From positions 1,422-65,421 of the forward strand of contig DJVQ01000025.1 in the NCBI GenBank assembly GCA_002441265.1: a stretch of DNA of 64,000 nucleotides, in the 5' to 3' direction. This DNA is from Syntrophaceae bacterium UBA6252 (GTDB taxonomy: Bacteria; Desulfobacterota; Syntrophia; Syntrophales; UBA6807). Within the stretch, counting starts at the first letter, position 1; every line of letters starts with the position of its first letter. The notes under the pieces were generated by a model that did not search any database, was not told the origin of the DNA, and was given only the letters and a program-made list of their open reading frames with translations. This document shows positions 37,743 to 46,233 of this stretch, one piece after another. The translations under genes were made by a program, and so were the position numbers.

Positions 37743-38707
37743 CAGGTCTCCCGCCAGGCCAGAAGCCGCATCACATCCGCTTCCCCCCTTTGAAGGATTG
37801 CCTCGGTCCTTTTTCGGACATCCCGGAAACTCCCCACACAGCGAAGCCGGAAAACGGAACTCTGAACCGTGAGCATGGAAGGAAGGGTGATTCCCGTCAT
37901 GCCGGTCACCTTGTCATACCACCGGACCTTGGACAGATCGTGGCCGGAGTCCTTTCGGTACGCGTCGAGGGCGGCGGCCCGTTCTTCATCCATGGACTCG
38001 GACAAGGCCATGAGAACGGGAACCGGGGCCGTATTGATGTTGATGTTCCCTTCCCCGTAAACGGTCACGTAATCCCGCAGCCCGAGACGTTCCGCCGTCC
38101 CCTCGAAAAGTTCCCTGGTGACCCCCCGGACGAGGCGGAGTTCCTCGATCCGGCCCAGGGGCCCGTTCTTGCAGGAATAAGGGGATTCGAGGGCGCGATA
38201 ATAGGAATTCTCCGCGCCGAACCCCGTCGGTTCGTCGTCGCCGTCGATCCAGTCCTTGAGGGCGTCCACCAGGTCCCGGACCTCCCTTTCCTGCAATTGA
38301 AACCCGGGAAGGCTGAGCAGCCGGGTGAGGATCCCCCGGATTTCGGCATTGTACTCATTTCCCTCGACCAGGCCGTTGATGGGGATCTTACCGGATTCGT
38401 CCTCTATTTTCAAAAGGAACCTCCCCTCGGAAAAAAGAACGGCCGACTGGGCGGACAGGACCTCCGCCCGTGCCCAGGATTCATTGAGCGTGTCCACCGA
38501 GGCGTCGTCCTCCTCCAGAAGGGCCTTCCCGAGGAAATAACCTGATTTGGAGACATAAAGCGCCCGGATGCCGTCGGCCAGGTTCGCCGCCTCGTAAACC
38601 TGCGCCCTGGAGGTACGGTTCAGGTCGAGGGTGAGGGGAATCATGACCCCGAGAACGAGGAGGACGAGAACGATGGCGACACCCCTCGAATTCCTGACGG
38701 CGCTCAT
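37742..38707 (-). CDS. gspK: Type II secretion minor pseudopilin GspK
   Basis: ORF trimmed to ATG 38707 (MSAVRNSRGVAIVLVLLVLGVM). ATGA overlap with the gspJ stop; TGATG overlap with the gspL start. Confidence 0.8.
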   Translation of the reverse strand: MSAVRNSRGVAIVLVLLVLGVMIPLTLDLNRTSRAQVYEAANLADGIRALYVSKSGYFLGKALLEEDDASVDTLNESWARAEVLSAQSAVLFSEGRFLLKIEDESGKIPINGLVEGNEYNAEIRGILTRLLSLPGFQLQEREVRDLVDALKDWIDGDDEPTGFGAENSYYRALESPYSCKNGPLGRIEELRLVRGVTRELFEGTAERLGLRDYVTVYGEGNININTAPVPVLMALSESMDEERAAALDAYRKDSGHDLSKVRWYDKVTGMTGITLPSMLTVQSSVFRLRCVGSFRDVRKRTEAILQRGEADVMRLLAWRET

Positions 38708-39351
38708 CCCCGTTCCGCTCCGAGGGGAATGAAGACGGACGTCCGGAAGGAAAAGGGACGGTCCTCGTTCCCCGGGTTGAGAAGCTTCAGATCCAGGACC
38801 ATCCGCTCGGGAATTTTTCCCTTCGTTTCCCCCCCGGCGGATTCGGTATCCCAGTCCTCGTATTCCTCGCCGTTCCGGTAAAAGAGGAACTTCAGGGATG
38901 CGACGCCCTCGCACAGGACGAAACCGCCCCCTTCCTCGTCCCGGGAATCGGGGTCCCTGTACGGGATTTCCCGGCGAACGAGATCGTACCCCTTCTTCTC
39001 CCTCCCCTCCCGGAGGGAGTACCGGACCTCGGACAGGCCCGGAAATCCCGCTTCCAGAAAGGGAACGGTGGAAGCCGACAGAAAACGGAGCTCCTGTCCC
39101 GCTTCCGGGAAGAATCCCCCGCCGGACCGCAGATAGAACAGATCCCCCGCCGGCGCCATCGACGCAAGATCCTTCGCCATCGTGGAAAAGGTGCTCCCCG
39201 CCGTCCGGTACGCCCGGTCCTCGTTGACCGTCGCCGAAACGATCCTTTCCGTCCCGCCGTAGGCCCCGTAGACGAGGGCGACTATCACGGCGAGGATCGC
39301 CACGGAAAGGAGGATCTCCATCAACGTGAATCCCGCCTCCCGTTTTCGCAT
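38704..39351 (-). CDS. gspJ: Type II secretion minor pseudopilin GspJ
   Basis: Prepilin N-terminus MRKREAGFTLMEILLSVAILAVIV. Confidence 0.8.
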   Translation of the reverse strand: MRKREAGFTLMEILLSVAILAVIVALVYGAYGGTERIVSATVNEDRAYRTAGSTFSTMAKDLASMAPAGDLFYLRSGGGFFPEAGQELRFLSASTVPFLEAGFPGLSEVRYSLREGREKKGYDLVRREIPYRDPDSRDEEGGGFVLCEGVASLKFLFYRNGEEYEDWDTESAGGETKGKIPERMVLDLKLLNPGNEDRPFSFRTSVFIPLGAERG

Positions 39352-39404
39352 CGCTGGATCACCGGGCGGCGCCATCGCCCCGCCGTCCTTTCTTCCCTTG
39401 CGGC

Positions 39405-39812
39405 CTATCGGTACAACTCGATGACATAGGGACGGAAACCGGCTCCCTTCATGGACACGGAAACGATCCGTTTCCGGATCTTAGCGATCTGCGTTTCCTC
39501 GACCGTCGTTTTCCACTGGAAGTCCGACCAGGGTTCCTCAAAGGTTCCCGTCTCCTCCTCCGGGGCATTCCCTCCCTGCGATTCCAGGAGAGCCATTTTT
39601 CCCCGGGCCAGGAGGGCGGCCGTCGTGAGAAACCGGGCCTCCCCGCTCATGGATACGCTCTGGGCCTGGTTCTGGAGGGCCGCCACCAGCACCAGGACGA
39701 GAATGGCCAGGGCGATCATCACTTCCAGGAGGGTGAATCCCCATGCCCCCTTTACGGCAGGATCACGACGCCGTATTTCTTTTTGAGTCTTTCGAAGACA
39801 TCGTCCATGCAT
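39405..39812 (-). CDS. gspI: Type II secretion minor pseudopilin GspI (unusually long leader)
   Basis: Contains GAWGFTLLEVMIALAILVLVLV. The nearest start codon is ATG 39812 (alternative 39827); no ATG, GTG or TTG lies closer. Confidence 0.75.
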   Translation of the reverse strand: MHGRCLRKTQKEIRRRDPAVKGAWGFTLLEVMIALAILVLVLVAALQNQAQSVSMSGEARFLTTAALLARGKMALLESQGGNAPEEETGTFEEPWSDFQWKTTVEETQIAKIRKRIVSVSMKGAGFRPYVIELYR

Positions 39813-40657
39813 TTCTTCTGTTTCCACTGGGCCGTCATCACCCGGACCTTTTCCGCCGCGGCTTCGAACGTCTCCTTTTCCCCTTCCTTCCGGTCATCCA
39901 GCTGGATGATGTGGAATCCGAACTGCGATCGGATGGGTCCGCCGGTCTCCCCCTTTTTAAGGGAAAAGGCCGCGTCGGCGAAAGGCTTCACCATCCGCTC
40001 CCGGGTGAAGTAGCCGAGATCGCCTCCCTTGAATTTCGTTCTCGGGTCGTCGGAATATTCCTTCGCCAGTTTCCAGAAGCTTTCGCCCGCGCTCGCCTTT
40101 TTGCGCACCAACTCGGCCTTTTCCAGGGCCTGCTTCACTTCCGCATCCCCCGCTTCGGGGGTAAGGGCGATCAGGATGTGCCTGGCCCGGACGGACGGCG
40201 GCTTGGTGAATTGTTCCGGGTGCTCCCTGTAATAGGACGCCATCTCCTCATTCGTCGGTTCGCCGGTGCCGGAACATCTTCTTGCCAGGTACTCCTGGGA
40301 AAGAATGCCGTTGATTCCGTCCTCTATCCTGGCCTTCACCGCCTCTTCCCGGTCGAGTTTGTCATCCCGCGCGGCCATGGCATAGACGAGGATCTGGACC
40401 TGCCGCTCCACAAAGGCCCGGCGGGTCGCGGGATCCTCGAGCATCTTCTGGATCTCCGGATGAAGCTCCCGGATCCGTGCCTCGATTTCTCCTTCCGTGA
40501 TGACCTTGTCCCCTATTTTCGCCACAACGGCCGATTCCCCCTTTTTCGCCGGGGCATCTCCCGCTGCGGCGAAGACCGTTGCACCGCCGAAGAAACACAA
40601 AATCATGAAACAGAAACCTGTCCGAAACAACAAAGTCATACGTTTTACTCCTTCCAT
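39752..40657 (-). CDS. Periplasmic parvulin-type peptidyl-prolyl cis-trans isomerase (PpiC/PrsA/SurA-like)
   Basis: 301 aa with an N-terminal signal/anchor. Parvulin core ARHILI...GGDLGYFTRERMVKPFADAAFSL...FGFHIIQLDD. Confidence 0.88.
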   Translation of the reverse strand: MEGVKRMTLLFRTGFCFMILCFFGGATVFAAAGDAPAKKGESAVVAKIGDKVITEGEIEARIRELHPEIQKMLEDPATRRAFVERQVQILVYAMAARDDKLDREEAVKARIEDGINGILSQEYLARRCSGTGEPTNEEMASYYREHPEQFTKPPSVRARHILIALTPEAGDAEVKQALEKAELVRKKASAGESFWKLAKEYSDDPRTKFKGGDLGYFTRERMVKPFADAAFSLKKGETGGPIRSQFGFHIIQLDDRKEGEKETFEAAAEKVRVMTAQWKQKKCMDDVFERLKKKYGVVILP

Positions 40658-40676
40658 CCGTACTTTCGCGATTCAC

Positions 40677-41219
40677 TCATGAGAGGGAGTCCCCGTCCCC
40701 CGTTTCGATTCCCGACCCGTCGTAGGAGACGTACCGGTCCGCCGTCCTGAGGTCCCCCAGGAAGGGTTCGACGAACAGGGACATCGCCCGTTCCCCTTCA
40801 CGGAAATGAAGGACCACGGGATCCACCATGCCGTTTTCATAGAATCGGACGGCCGTTTCCCCGTCCGCCACCTTCACCCCGCGGCGGTATTCGACATCGC
40901 CGAACGACACCCCCGCAGGAAGGGAATATGCAATCTCCGGGCCGTCTCCTTCCCCCCGAAAGGCCATTTTCCCCTCGTTCAGGTAGATCCGAAGGGCGAT
41001 GTCCCGGTGTTCCCGGACCGCCTGACAGCGGAGATCCCGGGTAAGCCCCGTCAGGTGCCGGCGCACCTCGCCCAGGCCGTCCCCCGCCCCTTTGGCCCGG
41101 ATGGCGGGAAAGACCATGAAGAAGGTCAGTCCCACGATCCACAGAACCACGGCCAGCTCGATCAGGGTGTAGCCCCGGTCATTCCACGTCGTGATTGGTG
41201 ATATCCTGGTTCTTGCCAT
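40677..41219 (-). CDS. gspH: Type II secretion minor pseudopilin GspH
   Basis: Prepilin-like N-terminus [24 protein letters not shown]. 41-nt overlap with the gspG 3' end. Confidence 0.78.
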   Translation of the reverse strand: MARTRISPITTWNDRGYTLIELAVVLWIVGLTFFMVFPAIRAKGAGDGLGEVRRHLTGLTRDLRCQAVREHRDIALRIYLNEGKMAFRGEGDGPEIAYSLPAGVSFGDVEYRRGVKVADGETAVRFYENGMVDPVVLHFREGERAMSLFVEPFLGDLRTADRYVSYDGSGIETGDGDSLS

Positions 41220-41619
41220 CCCCCCCGGGCTCTCCGTCCGCCCCGTAGGAAATCAGGTCGTACTCCCCGCCGGTTCCGGGGCACAGGTAGACATAATCGT
41301 TCCCCCAGGGGTCCCTGGGGATCTTGCCTTTTTCCAGATATCCCCCCTCGCGCCAGTTCTTCGGAAGTTCCCCGACGGTGGGAGCCTGGACCAGGGCCTG
41401 AAGCCCCTGTTCCGTCGAGGGGTACTCCCCGTTGTCCAGCTTGTAGAGCTTGAGCGCCGTGTCGAGGCTTTCCACCTGGATGCGCGCCTTCGTCCGTCTC
41501 GCTTCCTCGGGGCGTCCCATGATCCGGGGCACGATCAGCCCGGCCAGGATGCCGAGGATCACGATCACCACCATGAGTTCGATCAGCGTAAAACCCTTTT
41601 CGTTTCGTCTGTGACCCAT
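41179..41619 (-). CDS. gspG: Type II secretion major pseudopilin GspG
   Basis: ORF trimmed to ATG 41619. [31 protein letters not shown]; GspG signature DPWGNDYVY. Confidence 0.92.
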   Translation of the reverse strand: MGHRRNEKGFTLIELMVVIVILGILAGLIVPRIMGRPEEARRTKARIQVESLDTALKLYKLDNGEYPSTEQGLQALVQAPTVGELPKNWREGGYLEKGKIPRDPWGNDYVYLCPGTGGEYDLISYGADGEPGGDGKNQDITNHDVE

Positions 41620-41701
41620 GCCGTTCCTCCGTGCATTTCCCGCTCGTCCGGTTTCCGCCGCTCTTCTGCGCGCCGTGCGTGGGCGCGGCGGACGTTTCAT
41701 C

Positions 41702-42931
41702 TTAGCGGATCAGCTGGTTCATTTCAAATATGGGCAGTAGAATGGCAACCACGATGAAGGCCACAAGGGCCCCCATGACCAGGATCATCACCGGCTCGAG
41801 GAGGGAGGTGAGGACCACCAGCCTGGACGACGCTTCCTCCTCGCAGCTTCTGGAAACTTTCAGGAGCATGGCCTCGAGGGACCCGCTCTGCTCGCCCACG
41901 GAAATCATCTGGATGACGAAAGGCGGGAACAGCCCGCTCTCGGAAAGGGTTCCCGCGAGGCTTTTCCCTTCCGACACGTCCTCCCTGGTCTTCCGGATCG
42001 CTTCGGCCATGGGGCCGTTGTGAACCACCCTCTGGGCGATCTCCAGGGCCGTAAGGAGGGGAACGCCGCTTCCGAGAAGCGTACCCAGGGTGTGGCTGAA
42101 TCTGGCCAGGAGGATCTTGTGGAAGATGTTCCCCGTGAGGGGGATCTTCAGCTTGATCCGGTCAAGGGTGAAGGCCCACCGGCCGTACTTCCGGACGGCC
42201 AGGCGAAGGGCGAAGAACGCCCCGGCGGCTGCGATCAGCATCCCCCACCACCAGGAACGGACCACGTCGGACGTTCCGATGAGGATCTGCGTGATCAGGG
42301 GGAGATCCTGATGCATCTCCTGGAAAATCGAGGCGATCTTCGGAATGATGAAGGTGGTGAGAAAGAAAAGCACGGAGGCGCCCACGAGAAACATGAAAAC
42401 CGGATAGGCGAGCGACGCCAGCACCCGTCCCCTCAGGGCCTGCTGCATCTCCGTGTAGTCCGCCACCCGCTCGAGAACGAGGTGAAGGGTGCCCGACGTT
42501 TCGCCGGCCCGGACCATGTTCACGTAGAACGGGGAAAACACGCGGGGATACCGGGCAAGACTCCCGGCGAAGCTTTCGCCCTCGTTGATCTCCTCCCGGA
42601 TTTCCGCAAGGATCTTCTTCAGCCGGGAATTCGCCGTCTGGGCAAGAAGGGAGGACAGGGACTGGACCAGGGGAAGGCCGGCGCCCAGCAGGGTGGCCAG
42701 TTCGCGGGTCATGGCGGAAAGATCGCGGCCCGCTATGCTGCGGAACCGCAGCAGGGCGAACTCCCGCTTCCGCTGGGGGCCTCCCTCCTGCTCCGACGTT
42801 TCCCCGATCTCGACGGGATAAAGACCTTCCTCCCGGAGTTTCTGTTTCGCCGCGGCAAGGCTCTCCCCGTTCAGGATCCCTTTCCGCTTCCGGCCCTTTT
42901 CGTCCAGGGCCTGGTACTCGAAAACCGGCAT
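41702..42931 (-). CDS. gspF: Type II secretion inner-membrane platform protein GspF
   Basis: 409 aa with duplicated T2SS-F domains and 3 TM segments. Confidence 0.92.
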   Translation of the reverse strand: MPVFEYQALDEKGRKRKGILNGESLAAAKQKLREEGLYPVEIGETSEQEGGPQRKREFALLRFRSIAGRDLSAMTRELATLLGAGLPLVQSLSSLLAQTANSRLKKILAEIREEINEGESFAGSLARYPRVFSPFYVNMVRAGETSGTLHLVLERVADYTEMQQALRGRVLASLAYPVFMFLVGASVLFFLTTFIIPKIASIFQEMHQDLPLITQILIGTSDVVRSWWWGMLIAAAGAFFALRLAVRKYGRWAFTLDRIKLKIPLTGNIFHKILLARFSHTLGTLLGSGVPLLTALEIAQRVVHNGPMAEAIRKTREDVSEGKSLAGTLSESGLFPPFVIQMISVGEQSGSLEAMLLKVSRSCEEEASSRLVVLTSLLEPVMILVMGALVAFIVVAILLPIFEMNQLIR

Positions 42932-43087
42932 GTTCCTCCTTCGCTTCCCCCTGCGTCCCTTTCCTCCCGGGACGGGGACGCACGTTCCCGGGGGGCCGGC
43001 CCCGGAAAATGCGGCCCTGCCCGGAACAGCCTGTTTCCGGAAGGGTAAATAATTCCTCGAACGCTTTCAAGGAAAATCGGAAGCCCC

Positions 43088-43744
43088 TCAGCGGCTCACG
43101 GTGACTCCCTTCCGCTCGCAGCAGGTTCTCACGGGACAGCGGCTGCACAGGGGCGACACGGGCCGGCACAGCGTCCGGCCGAAAGCCACGAGGAGGGTGT
43201 TGTAGGAAGCCCAGAAGGGTCTCGGAAGCTTCCGCCGGAGGGCTTCCTCCGTTTCGTTCGGGGTCTTCGTGGAAACGTAGCCGAAACGGTTGGAGATGCG
43301 GTGGACATGGATGTCCACGCAGATCCCGTCCTTGCCGAAAGCGAGGGTGACGACGAGGTTGGCCGTTTTCCTTCCCACCCCCTTGAGGGCGAGCAGACCC
43401 TCCAGGGAGGACGGAACCCGGGAGTCGTGATGCTCCAGCAGCTCCCGGCTCACGCCGAGGATGGTCCGCGCCTTGTTCCGGTAAAACCCGACAGGATAGA
43501 TCGTCCGGGCGATGGTCTCTTCCGGGAGACGAACCATGGCGGCGGGGGTGGACGCCAGGGAAAAGAGGCGTTCCGCCGCTTCTCCGGAAACCTCGTCTTT
43601 GGTCCTCAGGCTGAGGAGCGTGGCGATCAGGACCCGGTAAGGGTCCCGGTCCGTCCGGACCCTCTCCGCCACAAGGGGAAGCGGGTCCTCCCTGAGCGCC
43701 TCCTTCAGGATTCCGAGAACGGAAACGAGGGTTTCCGTTTCCAC
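43088..43744 (-). CDS. nth: Endonuclease III (Nth)
   Basis: ORF 43088..44113 trimmed to GTG 43744 (VETETLV), 3 nt after the fdhE stop. HhH motif LKGVGRKTANLV. FeS ligands C-X6-C-X2-C-X5-C (CRPVSPLCSRCPVRTCC). Confidence 0.88.
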   Translation of the reverse strand: METETLVSVLGILKEALREDPLPLVAERVRTDRDPYRVLIATLLSLRTKDEVSGEAAERLFSLASTPAAMVRLPEETIARTIYPVGFYRNKARTILGVSRELLEHHDSRVPSSLEGLLALKGVGRKTANLVVTLAFGKDGICVDIHVHRISNRFGYVSTKTPNETEEALRRKLPRPFWASYNTLLVAFGRTLCRPVSPLCSRCPVRTCCERKGVTVSR

Positions 43745-43746
43745 GG

Positions 43747-44640
43747 TTATTCGTACCCTTCCTCGTTCGCCAGGATGTCGAGGTGGATCGTGGCGAGGTC
43801 TTCCACGTCCAGGCATGCGGGCCGGTTCATCTTCCGGAAATCCACCGTTTTGATGTACCGGTTGCAATTGTTGCAGACATCGACCCGGTACTGCTCCTCC
43901 CCCTCGACGGAGAAATAGGCCAGGGTGTCCTGGTCGTCGTTCCCGCAGAAGGGGCACTTGAGCCGCAGGTAGGACCACTCGTATCCGCACTGGTTGCAGA
44001 AAAGAAAACGCACCCCTTCCTCGTTGCGGATCTCGGCGAGTTTCGGCTCCCTCCCGCAGATGGGACAGAATCCTTCGTTCCACCCCCTCTTTTTCAGGAG
44101 GGGGGCGTACCATTCGGCGATTTTCTCCAGGGACGGCCGGAGGCTTTCCTCTACGAACAGAGACAGAAGATCGAAGACTTCGTCCCCGTCGTCCTCCGTC
44201 TCCTCCTCCTCGCCGGCGCCTTCCCTTTCCTCCGGAATCGCTTCCGGGCCTTCCGTAAAGGAATCCCGGACGATGGTCTCGTAGGAGAGGGCCCCCGACG
44301 CAAGTTCCTCGAGAATCCGCGCCGATTCCTCGGGCGATTTCTTCTTTCCGATCTCCAGGAGGTCCCGGAAATAGGCTTCCGGCGCTTCCAGGTTGAGATC
44401 GCCTCCCGCGAAATCGACGAGCGGGAATCCCCCGCTCATCTTCTCCCCGGCGATCCGCTCGTCCAGGGAGATGAGGGAAGCACCGGTGCTCCGGCGGTGC
44501 TTCTCCCGGAGGATCAGGACCTCTTCAAGGATATCCAGCAGTTCCCCGTAATGGGGTTGTTCATGTTTGTAATGCTCGATGGTTTTCAGGGATTGCCCGA
44601 GTATGGCCGCCATGGGCAGGTTAACCTCTTCTTTTTTCAT
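43747..44640 (-). CDS. fdhE: Formate dehydrogenase accessory protein FdhE
   Basis: Four CxxC pairs (CPICG, CNQCG, CPFCG, CNNC). Start trimmed to ATG 44640. Confidence 0.88.
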   Translation of the reverse strand: MKKEEVNLPMAAILGQSLKTIEHYKHEQPHYGELLDILEEVLILREKHRRSTGASLISLDERIAGEKMSGGFPLVDFAGGDLNLEAPEAYFRDLLEIGKKKSPEESARILEELASGALSYETIVRDSFTEGPEAIPEEREGAGEEEETEDDGDEVFDLLSLFVEESLRPSLEKIAEWYAPLLKKRGWNEGFCPICGREPKLAEIRNEEGVRFLFCNQCGYEWSYLRLKCPFCGNDDQDTLAYFSVEGEEQYRVDVCNNCNRYIKTVDFRKMNRPACLDVEDLATIHLDILANEEGYE

Positions 44641-44712
44641 ATTCTTTATTCCCGTCGGATTCAATGTCCGAACAGGTATCTGTACTTAAATCATTCCATC
44701 TCTTTCGGCAAG

Positions 44713-44748
44713 AAAAAAAGGGCCCGGCTCCGGGAAGGAGTCGGGCCC
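44713..44748 (-). terminator. Intrinsic terminator after fdnI
   Basis: On the minus strand: GGGCCCGACTCC-TTCC-CGGAGCCGGGCCC followed by TTTTTTT. Confidence 0.65.
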
Positions 44749-44765
44749 TTGCCGGGGAAAAACGG

Positions 44766-45443
44766 TTATGCGTGATGGGAGGAAGGTTTCTTCTCTTCCC
44801 CGTAAACGACAAGCTTGCCCGACTCCTCCATCTCATGGAGCCACTTGGGATGCTGCTTCTTCACCCAGGCCCGGGTGACCCATCCCGTCACCATGGCCGG
44901 AAGGGACCCCGGCGAACCGATGGTCCCCAGGTAGAGGTGGACGAAAAAGAACGGGAAGATGACGAGGAATCCCAGAGCGTGGAGGAAATACATGAACCGG
45001 ACGAGATTCATGTTGAGGGACAGGGGAAACCACATGATGAGCCCGCTCACCACCATGACGGCGCCGAAAAGCGCCACGGTGATGAAGAACATCTTCTGGC
45101 CGGGGTTGTATTTCCCCACCTCGGGAACGTGGTCCACGTGCCACAGGTAGCCGCCCGCCGTCTTGATCCATTCGATGTCCTCGGGAAACGAGAACACGCC
45201 CGCCTCCCGCCACCACATGAGAATGGAAAAGAAGAGGGACACGGCGAAGAAGAGGCCCGTGAAATTATGGATCAGCTTCAGGTTCTTCAGCCCTCCCACG
45301 GGAACGGCAAGGAAGTTCAGAGAGTGGAACATCATGCCGAGACCCGTGATCATGAGGAGGATGCAGGAAATGGCCAAAGACCAGTGAACGATCCTCTCAA
45401 ACGCGTCGGTTGCCTTGATCATGCCTTTTTTCATGTTCCTCAC
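44766..45443 (-). CDS. fdnI: Formate dehydrogenase gamma subunit (cytochrome b556)
   Basis: 225 aa with 4 TM helices. ERIVHWSLAISCILLMITG has a conserved His. Confidence 0.85.
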   Translation of the reverse strand: MRNMKKGMIKATDAFERIVHWSLAISCILLMITGLGMMFHSLNFLAVPVGGLKNLKLIHNFTGLFFAVSLFFSILMWWREAGVFSFPEDIEWIKTAGGYLWHVDHVPEVGKYNPGQKMFFITVALFGAVMVVSGLIMWFPLSLNMNLVRFMYFLHALGFLVIFPFFFVHLYLGTIGSPGSLPAMVTGWVTRAWVKKQHPKWLHEMEESGKLVVYGEEKKPSSHHA

Positions 45444-45449
45444 CTCCCG

Positions 45450-46232
45450 TTACTGGGCCGACGAATCCCCGGACTCATCCGGAGACTTGGGACCGTGGAT
45501 GATGTAGTGGAGGAAGGATCCCAGAAGAACGCCCCCCGCCGCAAGAAGGCTCAGGGGCTTCAGCCAGTCTTTCCACGCGATGACGGTAAGCGGCACCCTG
45601 GGTTTCTCCGGCAGCTTCGCATACAGGGAGACCTTTTCCGGAAGCACGTAGACGAAATGGGTTCCCCCTACGAATTTGTCGCCGTAGACGGTCGCGTCCC
45701 CGCCGACTTCCTTCGCCCGGGCCGCCGCGACGGCAAGGATCTTCTCCTTTTCTCCGAAGAGGAGGGCTCCCGTGGGACAGGCCTTGACGCAGGCCGGAAT
45801 CATGCTGTTCTCCACCCGGGACTGGCACATGTCGCACTTGGCCACCTTGTCCGTCGCGGGATCGTACTTGGGAACCTCGAACGGGCAGGCGAAAATGCAC
45901 TCCTTGCAACCGATGCACTTTTCACGGTCGAGGCCGACGGTGCCGAACGCCGTGTAGTGAAGGGCGCCGCTGGGGCACACCTTGACGCAGGCGGCGTCGG
46001 TGCAGTGCATGCAGGCCTCGTTCCGGAAAAACCACTTCACGCCGTTTCCGTTGGAGACTTCCTGAAAATGCATGAGCGTCCAGGTGGTGGGCTGAAGCGC
46101 CGGCGGATTCTGGTAGGTCCCGGTGTTTCTGGTCTGCCTCGCGGGAAGCTGGTTCCATTGCTTGCAGGCGAGCTGGCAGCCCCGGCACCCGGTGCATTTC
46201 GAACCGTCGTACAGTTTCACATATTCCGCCAT
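45450..46232 (-). CDS. fdnH: Formate dehydrogenase beta (4Fe-4S) subunit with C-terminal TM anchor
   Basis: CTGCRGCQLAC, CMHCTDAAC, CIGCKECIFAC and CDMC..C cluster motifs. Confidence 0.9.
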   Translation of the reverse strand: MAEYVKLYDGSKCTGCRGCQLACKQWNQLPARQTRNTGTYQNPPALQPTTWTLMHFQEVSNGNGVKWFFRNEACMHCTDAACVKVCPSGALHYTAFGTVGLDREKCIGCKECIFACPFEVPKYDPATDKVAKCDMCQSRVENSMIPACVKACPTGALLFGEKEKILAVAAARAKEVGGDATVYGDKFVGGTHFVYVLPEKVSLYAKLPEKPRVPLTVIAWKDWLKPLSLLAAGGVLLGSFLHYIIHGPKSPDESGDSSAQ

Positions 46233-46233
46233 G

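Noticed and set aside
43745-44113. N-terminal 120-aa extension of the nth ORF
   Set aside because: It overlaps fdhE out of frame and is Arg/Pro-rich. GTG 43744 gives a normal-length (218-aa) endonuclease III.
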